Shown: one piece after another, positions 18,650 through 28,667 of the stretch
How positions within the stretch are numbered: position 1 is the first letter of the stretch
How the letters are laid out: every line of letters starts with the position of its first letter
Virus record (IMG/VR): IMGVR_UViG_3300044477_000030
Span: 12,659-76,658 of that record
DNA from: a virus
Taxonomy: Duplodnaviria; Caudoviricetes
DNA: 64,000 nucleotides
Direction: 5' to 3' (one strand)
Notes under the pieces: model-generated
What the model was told of the DNA's origin: nothing
Databases searched by the model: none
What the model saw: only the letters and a program-made list of their open reading frames with translations
Program-made: the position numbers and the translations under genes

Positions 18650-19087
18650 TTAGTTGAATGCGACTTCGGTGACAACGAACTTCCATTCGCGCATGGACAT
18701 CTTGCGGGCAGCATCCATACGGGCCGGAGTCTTGATCCAAGCGGTGCCGGAGAGCTTCTTGGAGCCGTCAATACCTGTGACAGTAATCGAACCCACTGTC
18801 CCATCGGTGTCTTCCTTCTCTGCCATGTGAGCATCGACAAGAGCCACATTGGTAGGGGAGACTTGCTTGAGGGTCACGGTGAGGTTGTAGCTCTTGGCGT
18901 TCCGGTTCGTGCGGTCAACAAGACCATCCGCGCCTTCGCTTTCCTCGAACGAATCACCGATCTGCTCCAAGGAAACGATGGTGTCTTCACCAAAGCCAGT
19001 GAAGGCAATGGAAGAAGCATCTGCGTAACCGGGAGTATAGGCCACATTAACGGTGGCTGCGTTCCATGTTGCAACTGTATGTGCCAT
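18650..19087 (-). CDS. Tail tube protein (DUF3277-like)
   Basis: GADGLVDR...LTVTLKQVSPTN...AWIKTPA...REWKF. Confidence 0.8.
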   Translation of the reverse strand: MAHTVATWNAATVNVAYTPGYADASSIAFTGFGEDTIVSLEQIGDSFEESEGADGLVDRTNRNAKSYNLTVTLKQVSPTNVALVDAHMAEKEDTDGTVGSITVTGIDGSKKLSGTAWIKTPARMDAARKMSMREWKFVVTEVAFN

Positions 19088-19100
19088 GATTCAAATCTCC

Positions 19101-20417
19101 TTAGACGGTCACAGTGCCGGTGATGGTGACATGAAGGACAGCCATGGACAGCTTGCCGGTGAAGCTGATTGGGAGTTCTCCAGCGAGCTTCTGCTCTGCT
19201 GTGAGATCCTTGTACCGTGGTGCCGTGATGGTGGTTTCGCCTGCAACGAGGATACCCCGTGCTTCGGCTTCCTTGAGAACTTCAGCGACCTTGTTGTAAA
19301 CAAGGAGGATTCCGTTGTCGTCCATTGGAATCTTGCGGTTGTTCACCAGCAAGCCAAACACACGTTCCTGGAGACGGGCTTTGATCCAGTCCACACCAAC
19401 CATAACGTCGATACGTTCTCCACTCACGCAGAAGCCCTTGCGGGTCAACGATACGCCAGCGGTGGTCGTGTAGGTGTTCCCGTTCTTGGCCCAGATTGCG
19501 GATTCCTGGCCTGGAGTGAGGCTGTCCGCTGTGATCCCGGTTGGGCTCTTGAATGCCCAAGTCTGGGAGCCTGGTTCGAATGGAAGGCATTCGCTGAACC
19601 AAGCAACATCTGGATAGTTGGAAGGATCGTTCTTCCAGAAGTAAACGGTGCGATCATAGCCCAGAGCCTTCAACTCATAGAGCAAATCCGTGGTGGAAGC
19701 TCCATTGTAGGCTTCTGCTTCGCTGTCGTTCAAGAACATGATCTTCATCTGGCTTTCTGCCCAGAGAGCAGCCGCCTTCAGATCGGTTTCGTCGTATGGA
19801 TAGGTGATCGTCGCAGTTGGTTGCGATGCTCCACCGGAGACTGTGCAGACGACGGACATCACATCGACTCCGGTTCCAACGATGTCCATTGTGCGGGAGG
19901 TGTCGGTCGCGGCAAACTTCGCACCGAGCGCGGTTTCGATTGCGGTCTCCCAAGCAGCCATAGTGTTGGCATGAGAGGTGGCATATGGCACGTCGGCAAC
20001 TGCAGTTCCGTTGATCGTGGTGTGGATCACATTGTCGGTGATCAGATCTGCGGAAAGAACGATCTTTCCGGCCTTCAGTCCAAGGACGCTGAAAGCGTAC
20101 CAATCTGGGCTTTCGAGCTGGATGGCATTCAGAGAGGCATCCATGTCCGCATCAAGAGCGTCGATACGGCCAACCATCACAGTAGATGGATGAGGATCTT
20201 GGGCAAACACCAGTGCAGCCGCATTGCGGATGTTCACGGGCAATGCGTCCGTAACCATGTCTGCTGTGCTGGAGTAAATGCGAGTGCGTGTGAACGGAAC
20301 GGTTGTCTCCGAGGCTGCGAACTCGCAGATCAAGCCTGGGACTCCGAAGGCCGTCTGCGCGACGGCTTGAGTCTGCCGGTCAACGCTGACCGTGACTACG
20401 GTGTCGAGATTACTCAT
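19101..20417 (-). CDS. Tail sheath protein (DUF3383-like)
   Basis: FAQDPHPSTVMVGR, PGSQTWAFK, IDVMVGVDW, KIPMDDNGI motifs. Confidence 0.9.
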   Translation of the reverse strand: MSNLDTVVTVSVDRQTQAVAQTAFGVPGLICEFAASETTVPFTRTRIYSSTADMVTDALPVNIRNAAALVFAQDPHPSTVMVGRIDALDADMDASLNAIQLESPDWYAFSVLGLKAGKIVLSADLITDNVIHTTINGTAVADVPYATSHANTMAAWETAIETALGAKFAATDTSRTMDIVGTGVDVMSVVCTVSGGASQPTATITYPYDETDLKAAALWAESQMKIMFLNDSEAEAYNGASTTDLLYELKALGYDRTVYFWKNDPSNYPDVAWFSECLPFEPGSQTWAFKSPTGITADSLTPGQESAIWAKNGNTYTTTAGVSLTRKGFCVSGERIDVMVGVDWIKARLQERVFGLLVNNRKIPMDDNGILLVYNKVAEVLKEAEARGILVAGETTITAPRYKDLTAEQKLAGELPISFTGKLSMAVLHVTITGTVTV

Positions 20418-20967
20418 TTGGGACTCCTACTGAAATTGAAACATTCTGGTCGTTCGTGCCATCCAAAGTCCCAGACATGGTAACTTCTTGGGCAGCCGAT
20501 GCGGTTCTTGTGTGCTGGGATGCGAATCCGATTCCGAGTTCGCATATTCTTTCTTGAACAAAATTTGCGACGTTGCTGGATGGAGAGTCCACTACGTCGC
20601 CGACTTCGTAAATGGAAATGCCATATTCGGTGAGCATATCACTGACCGATTGATCCTCCAAGCGATCTAAGATCCGACCGATGTAATCCGCATCGCCGAC
20701 ATCATAAAGAGTGACGAGCCCAGAGAAGTCATTTACAACTTCCTGGCTTGTTGCGGCAATGTCTGTGATGTCCAAAGCAGACACCTGGCCAATCTGCTTG
20801 CGGTTCGGCGTGGAGATCCGAAGGTATGGAGGAGAGGAATTGTCTTTCTGGAAAGCTCTGGCGATGTCGACCGTTTCTTCCCCGGCAACATCCAGAATAA
20901 AATGGAAAACCTTGTCCAAGGCTTCATAAACCTGGAGATGGATCTGGGTTTGTTCAAAATTAGCCAT
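20410..20967 (-). CDS. Neck / tail terminator protein
   Basis: Synteny immediately upstream of the sheath. Confidence 0.6.
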   Translation of the reverse strand: MANFEQTQIHLQVYEALDKVFHFILDVAGEETVDIARAFQKDNSSPPYLRISTPNRKQIGQVSALDITDIAATSQEVVNDFSGLVTLYDVGDADYIGRILDRLEDQSVSDMLTEYGISIYEVGDVVDSPSSNVANFVQERICELGIGFASQHTRTASAAQEVTMSGTLDGTNDQNVSISVGVPNE

Positions 20968-21307
20968 TAGCTCCTCCTGGGACAAGAGAAGCAAAATACT
21001 TATTATGGGAAAGCAAACCGTTCTGGTTTGGGAGGATCTGGAACACTTCGTATTCGCGATTCGCGAACAGAATACGGTCTCCGGCTAGATTTTGTGCCTC
21101 GGAGGAAATCTGGAGTTCATCTGCGGTGTAGATCTTAACCACGCCGGTATCTCTACGCCCTGCGGGAAGATACATAATATCCTTCCCACTGACCGGCTGT
21201 ACGGTTCCAAGGAAGGTGAATTCGACTGGCTGATCCTCAACAACAATACCATTGACGACGCCAAATGTATAGCGCCGTGCGGTTATTGTGTTATTGAAAA
21301 GACTCAT
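20960..21307 (-). CDS. Head closure protein
   Basis: GTVQPVSGKDIMYLPAG...KIYT...DRILFANREYEV. Confidence 0.7.
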   Translation of the reverse strand: MSLFNNTITARRYTFGVVNGIVVEDQPVEFTFLGTVQPVSGKDIMYLPAGRRDTGVVKIYTADELQISSEAQNLAGDRILFANREYEVFQILPNQNGLLSHNKYFASLVPGGANG

Positions 21308-21828
21308 TCCTTTTTACCTTGTCCTGGGATGTAAACTTTGGAATTGATATTGTCGATGAGCTGATGGGTATCTACCAAAGGAGCAGTGGATTGATTTGGA
21401 GGCGGGACTTTTCTTTTCCTTCTGTTCTTTATTGTCCTCGGAGATAGTTCCCAACCTGGCATTGTTGGAGCATCCTCCAGCATAACCTTCCTTATCATTC
21501 CTTCGTAGGCCACCGCAATGATCTTCATCAGGCTCATCGCATTGGCCCCAGCTAAAATCTTTGTCATGCTCAAGGCAAGCATCTGTCCGACGATCCCCTT
21601 GTTCTTCTCCTCGGTGAACCGCATGAAGTGCCGAGGCGTGATGTTATCCTGTGCAGATCCGTATTCCAACTTCGCAGCAATATTTGCCATTGAGAGCTTG
21701 GAACCTGGATGCTTTGGGGATGGTGAGTTGAAACCTACTTTTGCCACGGGCAATTTCCCGAGACTTTTAATCAGTTTCTTATCCCAATCAGGATTCATGT
21801 TCTGAATCTTGAAAGTGGATACAATCAT
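21304..21828 (-). CDS. Neck / tail completion protein (HK97 gp10-like)
   Basis: IAAKLEYGS...ITPRHFMR...LSPRTIKNR...PLVDTHQL. Confidence 0.75.
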   Translation of the reverse strand: MIVSTFKIQNMNPDWDKKLIKSLGKLPVAKVGFNSPSPKHPGSKLSMANIAAKLEYGSAQDNITPRHFMRFTEEKNKGIVGQMLALSMTKILAGANAMSLMKIIAVAYEGMIRKVMLEDAPTMPGWELSPRTIKNRRKRKVPPPNQSTAPLVDTHQLIDNINSKVYIPGQGKKE

Positions 21829-22226
21829 TCCATCCTCGGTTCGGGATCTTCGGCTCCCGCCATACCGGTTACAGATAAAGTCAAAATTGTACGTTTTCCA
21901 AGAGAGATGAGTCGTTGGCCAAAAACAGTAAGGGAAAGGTCGCTGGAACCGTTGCCGGTTGCTCCAGATCCACCTTTGAAGTACGAAATTGAAAGATCGC
22001 CTTCCTTCTTGGAGGCAATCGCTCCACCGGTTCCACTTGAGAAAGCAGGATCGAGGAGAAGGGTCATTTCATGTGCAGCACGATAGGCAACCGCATATGG
22101 TCTGCGGTCGCCAAACGATGTGTTGGATGTCTGTTCCTCCGCCATAGCAAGAAAGACCGTCCGTTGCTCGGGAGACCCGAGTGTCGGAGCGATCGCGTTG
22201 AGGATTTCGGAAGCAGACATTGCCAT
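21825..22226 (-). CDS. Head-tail adaptor (DUF4054-like)
   Basis: AYRAAHEMTL...ASKKEGDLSISY...LTVFGQRL. Confidence 0.8.
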   Translation of the reverse strand: MAMSASEILNAIAPTLGSPEQRTVFLAMAEEQTSNTSFGDRRPYAVAYRAAHEMTLLLDPAFSSGTGGAIASKKEGDLSISYFKGGSGATGNGSSDLSLTVFGQRLISLGKRTILTLSVTGMAGAEDPEPRME

Positions 22227-22228
22227 GA

Positions 22229-22621
22229 TTACTTATCCTTGGAACGATCCATGAGCTTGTTGATGCGATTCACCAGAACAACCAGCGCAGCTTCCTTGGT
22301 GAAATTGGTCGCCTTCCAAGTTTCGAGTTGCTTGATGTTGTTGCAGGCTTCCAGAACGGAGATTTGCTCGGAGTCCTTGAGATCCTTGAAATCAACAACT
22401 TCGGCGCCCTTTGTCGGCTTACCGGTTGGATCTTTGCCATCGACAGCTTTGGTGAACATCTCTTCGAGAGTCCCACCCTTGATCTTATCGATGATGCTTG
22501 GACGAGCTTTTGCCCATGCTTCGTTTGGGAATTCCTGCGTGCCTGGGACAATAATCAAAAGGTCTCCATCACGGCCTGCTGGAACGCTCACAATATGGTT
22601 TTCTTTGGAATTTACAATCAT
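22229..22621 (-). CDS. Hypothetical protein downstream of major capsid
   Basis: ORF with promoter motif at about 22655-22668. Confidence 0.6.
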   Translation of the reverse strand: MIVNSKENHIVSVPAGRDGDLLIIVPGTQEFPNEAWAKARPSIIDKIKGGTLEEMFTKAVDGKDPTGKPTKGAEVVDFKDLKDSEQISVLEACNNIKQLETWKATNFTKEAALVVLVNRINKLMDRSKDK

Positions 22622-22692
22622 TTCAGAATCCTTGGTTGATTGGCTTCTTAGTAATAATACAAATTATTGAGGTATTTCAGTCAAAAAAGTTG

Positions 22693-22731
22693 AAAAAAAG
22701 TCCCAGGCCAGGTTCTCCCAACCCAGGACTT
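22693..22731 (-). terminator. Rho-independent terminator after the major capsid gene
   Basis: Minus strand AGTCCTGGG...CCTGGGACT stem followed by T7. Confidence 0.7.
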
Positions 22732-22747
22732 CCCCAACCAAGGAGAC

Positions 22748-23674
22748 TTAGATACCGTAGCCCCAGCCGACAGACAGTGGGTAGTAAACAATCACACCGC
22801 CGCAAGAAGCCTGGCATGGGATGTTGTACTCAGTGCCTTCCTTATCGGCTTCGAATTGCTCGAAGGTCTCTGGGATCTCCAGAGTAAGGTGCATTGGATC
22901 ACGGGTGTACATCATGATCATCTTGGTCGAACCAGTACCGGCGGTATTGAGTTCGTTCACCCAATCCCACTTTGTTACCATTGGGAGGGCGTCCTTGACG
23001 AATTGCAGAACGGTCTTGTCGGAGCCGTCACCCATACGCTTTGTGGCGATGAAGTTCATGCTCTCAAGAGGCATAATGCAAGTATCTGGGGCTTCGAGGC
23101 CGTTGGTGATGGCGTTCACGGAAGACCAGAGACCGGTGATGTCGCGAGCGATCTGGTCGGCAGTCTTGTGAGCCCAGGTCTTCACACTGCCCGTACCATC
23201 AGCGACGATGGTGTATTCGTGCAGACCTGGATAGCCGATCAAGCCCTTGAGGTTGCTGGTGGCATCACCGTTCCATGCGATCGCGTCGATCTTCTGGTCG
23301 ATGGCACGCTTTGCAGCTTGAGCCCGGCGGGTATCGAGACCCTTTTCTGCCATCTGGGAGGCACGGATTTCCTTGATGGAGTAACCATAGGAAATACCGA
23401 TGTCCTTCACCTTGACGGAGGTTTCGGTTCCATACACATCCACGCGAGGATAATCCTTGGCGTAGTCTGCGATGATCTTGGCAACACCAACCATGTCATA
23501 GACGCGATAGGTGATGGTTTCTGCGCCACGATTGACACGGGACACAGGAATAAGGCTCGTGGCCTTGAGCTGACTGTGCTTCACATCGTAAGTGGCGGTC
23601 TTGACAACTTCCAGCTCGCGGGTGAAAAACACGGTCTCGTCGGCATCGAGCTTCATGGCATTCTTGGGATTCAT
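22748..23674 (-). CDS. Major capsid protein (DUF2184 / HK97 fold)
   Basis: FFTRELEVV...GAETITYRVYD...AWNGDA...GGVIVYYPLS. Confidence 0.9.
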   Translation of the reverse strand: MNPKNAMKLDADETVFFTRELEVVKTATYDVKHSQLKATSLIPVSRVNRGAETITYRVYDMVGVAKIIADYAKDYPRVDVYGTETSVKVKDIGISYGYSIKEIRASQMAEKGLDTRRAQAAKRAIDQKIDAIAWNGDATSNLKGLIGYPGLHEYTIVADGTGSVKTWAHKTADQIARDITGLWSSVNAITNGLEAPDTCIMPLESMNFIATKRMGDGSDKTVLQFVKDALPMVTKWDWVNELNTAGTGSTKMIMMYTRDPMHLTLEIPETFEQFEADKEGTEYNIPCQASCGGVIVYYPLSVGWGYGI

Positions 23675-23686
23675 GTTAGCTCCTTA

Positions 23687-24376
23687 TTACTTGATGATTT
23701 CGACGCGAGCAAGAGCAGCGCCGGAGGTTGCGGTGCGGAACACATAGCCGGTGGTCACATTGCCACTGGAGTCGTCGGTGAACACGCCGGAAGCGGCCAC
23801 CAGGTAGGCGGTCGCGTTGGCAACAACTGCGTCTGCGGTCATCACCCACATTTCGCCTTCGCGGACGATCGGTGTGTTGTCGTACTGGTTGAATTGTCCA
23901 CCAACCTTCTGTACGCGAGGGAACACGCCAAACACGGAACCAGTGCAGGAGAGAACCTGGCTGGAAGTTGCCTGGGATGCGCCGAGAGTGACAGCTGCCA
24001 CCACGGTGATCGCGGAGTGGTCATCCATGGAGATGTTGATGGAACGGCCTGCTCCAGCGGTTGCGGTCACATTGGCCAGACCATTGATCGCGGCAACAAC
24101 GGCTGCGAAAGTCGTGGCGTGGTTGGTGTCAAACACCACAGGAGTGATCGCAGTTCCGTCCACACTGACGGCAATGGAGTTGGATGCGACGAAATCTGCG
24201 CTGAAGGTCAGCACGGACTTGTCGAGGACATACTGGAACACCTTCTCGGCGTCACCAGAGAAAACAACTGCGGGCATACCGAAGTTGCATTCATTGCCAG
24301 CTACTCGGGAGACGACTTCGGCATCCCCGACCAGAAGCCCAGCGAGGGCAGAATCAATATTACCATAAGCGGTCAT
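23687..24376 (-). CDS. Capsid cement/decoration protein with an inserted domain
   Basis: Between scaffold/protease and MCP; FGMPAV, REGEMWV motifs. Confidence 0.75.
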   Translation of the reverse strand: MTAYGNIDSALAGLLVGDAEVVSRVAGNECNFGMPAVVFSGDAEKVFQYVLDKSVLTFSADFVASNSIAVSVDGTAITPVVFDTNHATTFAAVVAAINGLANVTATAGAGRSINISMDDHSAITVVAAVTLGASQATSSQVLSCTGSVFGVFPRVQKVGGQFNQYDNTPIVREGEMWVMTADAVVANATAYLVAASGVFTDDSSGNVTTGYVFRTATSGAALARVEIIK

Positions 24377-24385
24377 AGTCGCTCC

Positions 24386-25678
24386 TTATTTCTGATATGC
24401 GGTTTCGATGTCCGAGTCCTGCTTGGCCTGGGCATCTTTGGAAGTTACGGGTTTCTTGGACTTGTCTGCACCCTCACGCATTTCGTCGGCGTTGGCCTGG
24501 TCTTGAGCGATTGCGCCTTCGAGCATAGAGATAGCCAAGTCGTAAGCAGCAGTGATGTAGGCATCGGACTTGTCTGTCAAGTCAGCCTTGGGGTTGACCT
24601 TCAGGATCACAGCCTTGCGGATACCGGCGGTATCTTCGTCACCCTTGAGTTCCACCTTCAGGGCGGAAACCTTGGAAACGAGAGCGAGGTGATCCTTCAC
24701 AGCCTGCTTGATGTCAGCAGGGGCAGCATCGGCTTTTGCCTTCAGTGCCTTCACTTCGCCATCAAGAGCTTCCTTCGCGCCCTTGAGGGTGTCGCGTTCG
24801 GCTGTGACTGCTGTGATAGAGTCCTGCGCAGTCTTCAAGTCGCCTTGAGCCTTGGCAAGATCAGCACTGGAGGAGTCGGCTTTTGCTTGAAGTGCAACAA
24901 AAGCATCAACGACGGCCTGTTCGACCTCGAATTCTGCCTTGTCCAGTTTGAGCTTAACCATAGTCTTCTCCTTAGAAGATTTGAAAATGCCAACATCATC
25001 CAGTCCGTCGAGGCGCATAACTGCGTCATCCCCCGCACGGCCACGGTCAACGATGGCCAAGTGATTGTAACGAATGTTTCTCTGGATACCGTCGTAGGCT
25101 TGGCCATTATGACGGCCAGAAACCGGCTCAAGGTCACGGCTATAACCGCAGGAAAGAGCACGGGTTCCGTTTTTAATAGCTGTGATTGTGGCCTTATCTG
25201 TAACAACAAAGTCGATGTAAACCCTGTCTTGATCACAGAAAACATGGGAGCCGGTCATGCCGACTTCGAGTTTCTTGATGTTTTCCGCATCCACGCCCAC
25301 GCTTGGGTGGCCGAAAGTAACGGGCTTCAGGGTGAGTGTCTGCAAGGACTCCCAATCCATCACATCCTCGCGCAAACGCAATTCGGTGACGATGGTTCCG
25401 TCCGCCATGCGATATGGGAAAGCACCAATGTTGGTGACGCAGGCAGTACCCTTCAAATAGCCCTCGGGTGTCTCTTCAAACTTTGTGGAAAGATATTCCC
25501 AATCCAAATCATGAATATCTAAACGATTGGCGGAATCCATCTTCTTTTTCTTTCCGCACTCGTCCTTCTTTACCTTCTTCTTGCAACCGTCGCACATTGC
25601 ATCTTCTTCCCCTTCAGGAAAAGAGACAACAACCCCGCAATTCGGGCAAGTGTATTCGGTGTCTTTCTTCTTGTTCAT
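24386..25678 (-). CDS. Prohead protease/scaffold (DUF2213-like) with N-terminal Cys-rich extension
   Basis: ETPEGYL...IGAFPY...PVTFGHP...LSCGY...QRNIRYNHLAIVDRGRAG...RLD; coiled-coil C-terminus. Confidence 0.9.
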   Translation of the reverse strand: MNKKKDTEYTCPNCGVVVSFPEGEEDAMCDGCKKKVKKDECGKKKKMDSANRLDIHDLDWEYLSTKFEETPEGYLKGTACVTNIGAFPYRMADGTIVTELRLREDVMDWESLQTLTLKPVTFGHPSVGVDAENIKKLEVGMTGSHVFCDQDRVYIDFVVTDKATITAIKNGTRALSCGYSRDLEPVSGRHNGQAYDGIQRNIRYNHLAIVDRGRAGDDAVMRLDGLDDVGIFKSSKEKTMVKLKLDKAEFEVEQAVVDAFVALQAKADSSSADLAKAQGDLKTAQDSITAVTAERDTLKGAKEALDGEVKALKAKADAAPADIKQAVKDHLALVSKVSALKVELKGDEDTAGIRKAVILKVNPKADLTDKSDAYITAAYDLAISMLEGAIAQDQANADEMREGADKSKKPVTSKDAQAKQDSDIETAYQK

Positions 25679-25766
25679 AGATTCTCAAAAAAAAGGTACA
25701 AGGGACGTCCCTATACCGTATAATAAAAAAAACTACTCCAAATCAGCATAAATTTTTTAAAGAATC

Positions 25767-26249
25767 TCAATTTTCCCCATCTTCGGGGTCTCCGAGAGGC
25801 ATCGAATAGGCATCCATGGCCAGATGGATCGCAACCTGGCAAGCCCCAAGAGCTTCGGTTTCGGAGCCAACAAGTCCATAAACCATGCGCTCCTTTCCGT
25901 TCGGAACCACATAAACGATGCCAACGAGCACAGTGGAGAAACCTAGATCTGTCACTGTCTTCTCGGCGAGTTTGTTCAATGTGCCGAACCACTCCTCGTC
26001 CTCTCCGGTCGGATAGTGGTCGGCATCGGAACTTACCAACGCCTTTTGGATCTTCTTGTAAAGACCGAGAGATCCCATGACACTTCCAGCGGAAGCCATT
26101 GGGACATCCTGTGCGTTGCTATCAGGATCTTGATCCACGCAGAGGACAACCGAACTGATCACATCGTTGTCCTGTTCGACTATCTTGTCGGCAACAGCGA
26201 AGATATAATCTTCCTGCTTCTTGAACTTTTCCATTTCATTCTCATTCAT
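25767..26249 (-). CDS. Hypothetical acidic protein
   Basis: ORF with GGAG RBS between MuF and protease. Confidence 0.6.
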   Translation of the reverse strand: MNENEMEKFKKQEDYIFAVADKIVEQDNDVISSVVLCVDQDPDSNAQDVPMASAGSVMGSLGLYKKIQKALVSSDADHYPTGEDEEWFGTLNKLAEKTVTDLGFSTVLVGIVYVVPNGKERMVYGLVGSETEALGACQVAIHLAMDAYSMPLGDPEDGEN

Positions 26250-26274
26250 GCGCTCTCCTTGGTTGTGGTTGCGC

Positions 26275-27222
26275 TTACTTCACTGGAACACTTTCTAACG
26301 CTCTCCAAATATCGTCGATATTCGGAATTGCTGCGCACCGGCAGGCAATCTCCTGGCCCGGATGCACTTTTGGCATATTCTCGTCTCTATCCACTAATAC
26401 CCCATCTCTCATCATCTTGGTTGGATCATCCCATGGACAGATCACACCCTGCATGGCCCAATGGGAAGGTTTTGCTCTTGGGTACTTTCCACCGGGTTTC
26501 CCGCGAACTTTTTCGTCTAGCGCGGTGCTCCAATCATAGAAAAGGATACCGGCATCTATCTGACGGGACTTCGTGAATGCGGAATTGAGTTTGGTTATCT
26601 GGTCTCTGGCAATCAGCCATGCCCGATATTCAGTCATGTGTGGGATCTTCAGAAGGATCTCGTCCATCGCATCCTCTGCCCTGAATCCATTCTGCACAGC
26701 ATTCTCGATGATGCGCCCCACCATCGCAATCTGGTCTTCCCCCAACTTCTTTATCAAAGTCAGTTGTGTGGTTCTCCATTCCTCCAGGATCGCTTGAGCC
26801 CATGGTTCATCTCCCTGGAACAACTGTCCCACCGCGACTTCGCTGAATTTCTTCCACTGCGAAAGATTGAAGTCGGAAATCTCATTTCCAAAATAAATGA
26901 GAGTCGCAACCGTAGCCTCCATTCCCAATTCCGCAGCTTGTTGTTGCTGGCTGTAAAGCTCTGCGGAAAGATTTGGCCAATCGTTCTCATAGGAATCTTT
27001 CTTGGCCTGGGGAGGGAAGATGAAGCGCAAATTCTTTTTAATGGCATCCTTCATGGACGGCATGAGCTTGTTGAAATAAGCCATGAGCCAGTTGCCATAA
27101 TCGGATTCGCCGCCCAAAGGATAAAGCCAAGCCATACCCTTGAAGGACGGCTTGACAGGCTTGCGCCTCTCGCGGACGGCTTCCCTGTATCGGGAGGCCA
27201 TCAGTTGAGTGAAGGCTGTCAT
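26275..27222 (-). CDS. Head morphogenesis protein (SPP1 gp7 / MuF family)
   Basis: RAWLIARDQITKLN...YDWSTALDEKVR...HPGQEIACRC. Confidence 0.9.
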   Translation of the reverse strand: MTAFTQLMASRYREAVRERRKPVKPSFKGMAWLYPLGGESDYGNWLMAYFNKLMPSMKDAIKKNLRFIFPPQAKKDSYENDWPNLSAELYSQQQQAAELGMEATVATLIYFGNEISDFNLSQWKKFSEVAVGQLFQGDEPWAQAILEEWRTTQLTLIKKLGEDQIAMVGRIIENAVQNGFRAEDAMDEILLKIPHMTEYRAWLIARDQITKLNSAFTKSRQIDAGILFYDWSTALDEKVRGKPGGKYPRAKPSHWAMQGVICPWDDPTKMMRDGVLVDRDENMPKVHPGQEIACRCAAIPNIDDIWRALESVPVK

Positions 27223-28667
27223 CTCTTACGAACCTGGTTGGCCAGTGGTGCCACTTTCGCCTTTGGCTTGCTTCTGTTCCGTCCTCCGATCGCCGAAGGA
27301 GGAGTCATGGAGCCACCTGGAGGTTCAGGAATTCCTGGAGCAGAACCTTCTTCGGTACTCTCCAAGGATTGCTCGAAGGCATAACCACCAGAGAAGCGCA
27401 TCTTGCGAACTTCGTCTGCGGAAATAACACCGGCTTGCAGATAAATCTGGTCTGCTGCGGCCTGGCGTGCCACCATCTCGACTTGCTGGAGGGAATTCGG
27501 AGCCCAGACTGGCAAGAACTCAACTGTGCAATCTTCTTCGGCCACAGGAGATCCAAGACCGGAGTTGATCAAGTTCATGAGTGTGGAGAGTGGCCCCATC
27601 AACTCTGTTTCTTGTTGCGATTCCACTCCATCGTAGTAGTTCATCGAATCGCTCTCGCCTGTGGCGTTGGCGCCAGCAGCAGAACGGCCAAACAGACGGG
27701 TCACAGGAATCGCGGTGACGCCAGACAGAACCATGAACAGGCGGTCGATCATTTCAGGAAGGCCGGTGAAATTCAAGGTGTCGCGAATATATTCGTCTTC
27801 CTTTCCGATCAAGATCGCATTAAGAATTCCCTTGGATGCCTGCATGGTGGTGATGCGGGTCATGATCGCATCGACATCATTGGCGTGCAGGATTTCTTCA
27901 AGACCGGCCAATTTGTATTTGCCAACGGAAAATTCGGAGGCCAGTGTGCCTGCGGTAGAAAGACAGATTCCAAGAGAAGAAAGAGTGTCCCAAATTGGCT
28001 GAAGCACAGAGATTCCCCAGAAATCATCATCGGTATTAGCGATGCGCAAGTTGGTTTCTGGATTTGGCAGTCCACGAAAGATGAGGCAACGGGAAGCATG
28101 GATCTTGAATGATCCTCCATACTTCTTGTTGATGGTGAAGTATTCATAGGTATCGTAGAAATCGCTTGTGACCGATTTTCCAAATGCCATATCATCCAAA
28201 GTCACACGATAGCGCGGATAGATACGGAGCTTCTTGATTTTCACTGGCTTTCCCTTGTAAGGAACCAATGGGGAAGAAAGAGAGCCACCACCCTCGGTCT
28301 CCATCACAACCATTGAACCGCCAAATAGGCGAGCCCATATGATCGCATCGCGCAGGATCTTCTTGACGCTCAACTTCTGCTGTTCCTTGTAGAGAACGCC
28401 ATCGTTGTCACCAAGGATTTCCCAACCATTGCGAACCATGTCGTCCGCGACGACATTCACAATGCGAGAAGCAAGACCGTCGCCTGTGTACAACGCCACG
28501 AGTTCCGCTTCGGATAGAATCCTTGGAAGCGCAACACCATTCGACTTCTGCGGGTCGATTCCCTTGCGCCCAACTCCTTTTAGAATATTGGTGAAGCCAT
28601 CGGCAATCATCTTGTTCTTTGTTCCTGGCGCACTCGCTTGATCTTTGACCATATTCTTGTGTTTCAT
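27219..28667 (-). CDS. Portal protein (DUF1073-like)
   Basis: LYTGDGLASRIVN...WARLFGGS...IPVTRLFGRSAAG.NATGESD..NYYD. Confidence 0.9.
   Translation of the reverse strand: MKHKNMVKDQASAPGTKNKMIADGFTNILKGVGRKGIDPQKSNGVALPRILSEAELVALYTGDGLASRIVNVVADDMVRNGWEILGDNDGVLYKEQQKLSVKKILRDAIIWARLFGGSMVVMETEGGGSLSSPLVPYKGKPVKIKKLRIYPRYRVTLDDMAFGKSVTSDFYDTYEYFTINKKYGGSFKIHASRCLIFRGLPNPETNLRIANTDDDFWGISVLQPIWDTLSSLGICLSTAGTLASEFSVGKYKLAGLEEILHANDVDAIMTRITTMQASKGILNAILIGKEDEYIRDTLNFTGLPEMIDRLFMVLSGVTAIPVTRLFGRSAAGANATGESDSMNYYDGVESQQETELMGPLSTLMNLINSGLGSPVAEEDCTVEFLPVWAPNSLQQVEMVARQAAADQIYLQAGVISADEVRKMRFSGGYAFEQSLESTEEGSAPGIPEPPGGSMTPPSAIGGRNRSKPKAKVAPLANQVRKR

Noticed and set aside
23675-24388. Possible readthrough fusion of in-frame protease-cement-capsid genes
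   Set aside because: Each gene has its own GGAG RBS, and the cement gene ends in a double TAA TAA.
22856-25522. 888-aa plus-strand ORF (also 19053-20483, 51928-53472 and similar long antisense ORFs)
   Set aside because: These are shadow ORFs opposite strongly codon-biased genes. Protease, cement and capsid genes share one frame, which keeps the antisense frame open. No RBS or recognisable motifs.
26275-27222. MuF polymorphic toxin fusion
   Set aside because: The protein ends shortly after the CRC motif; there is no C-terminal toxin extension or immunity gene.
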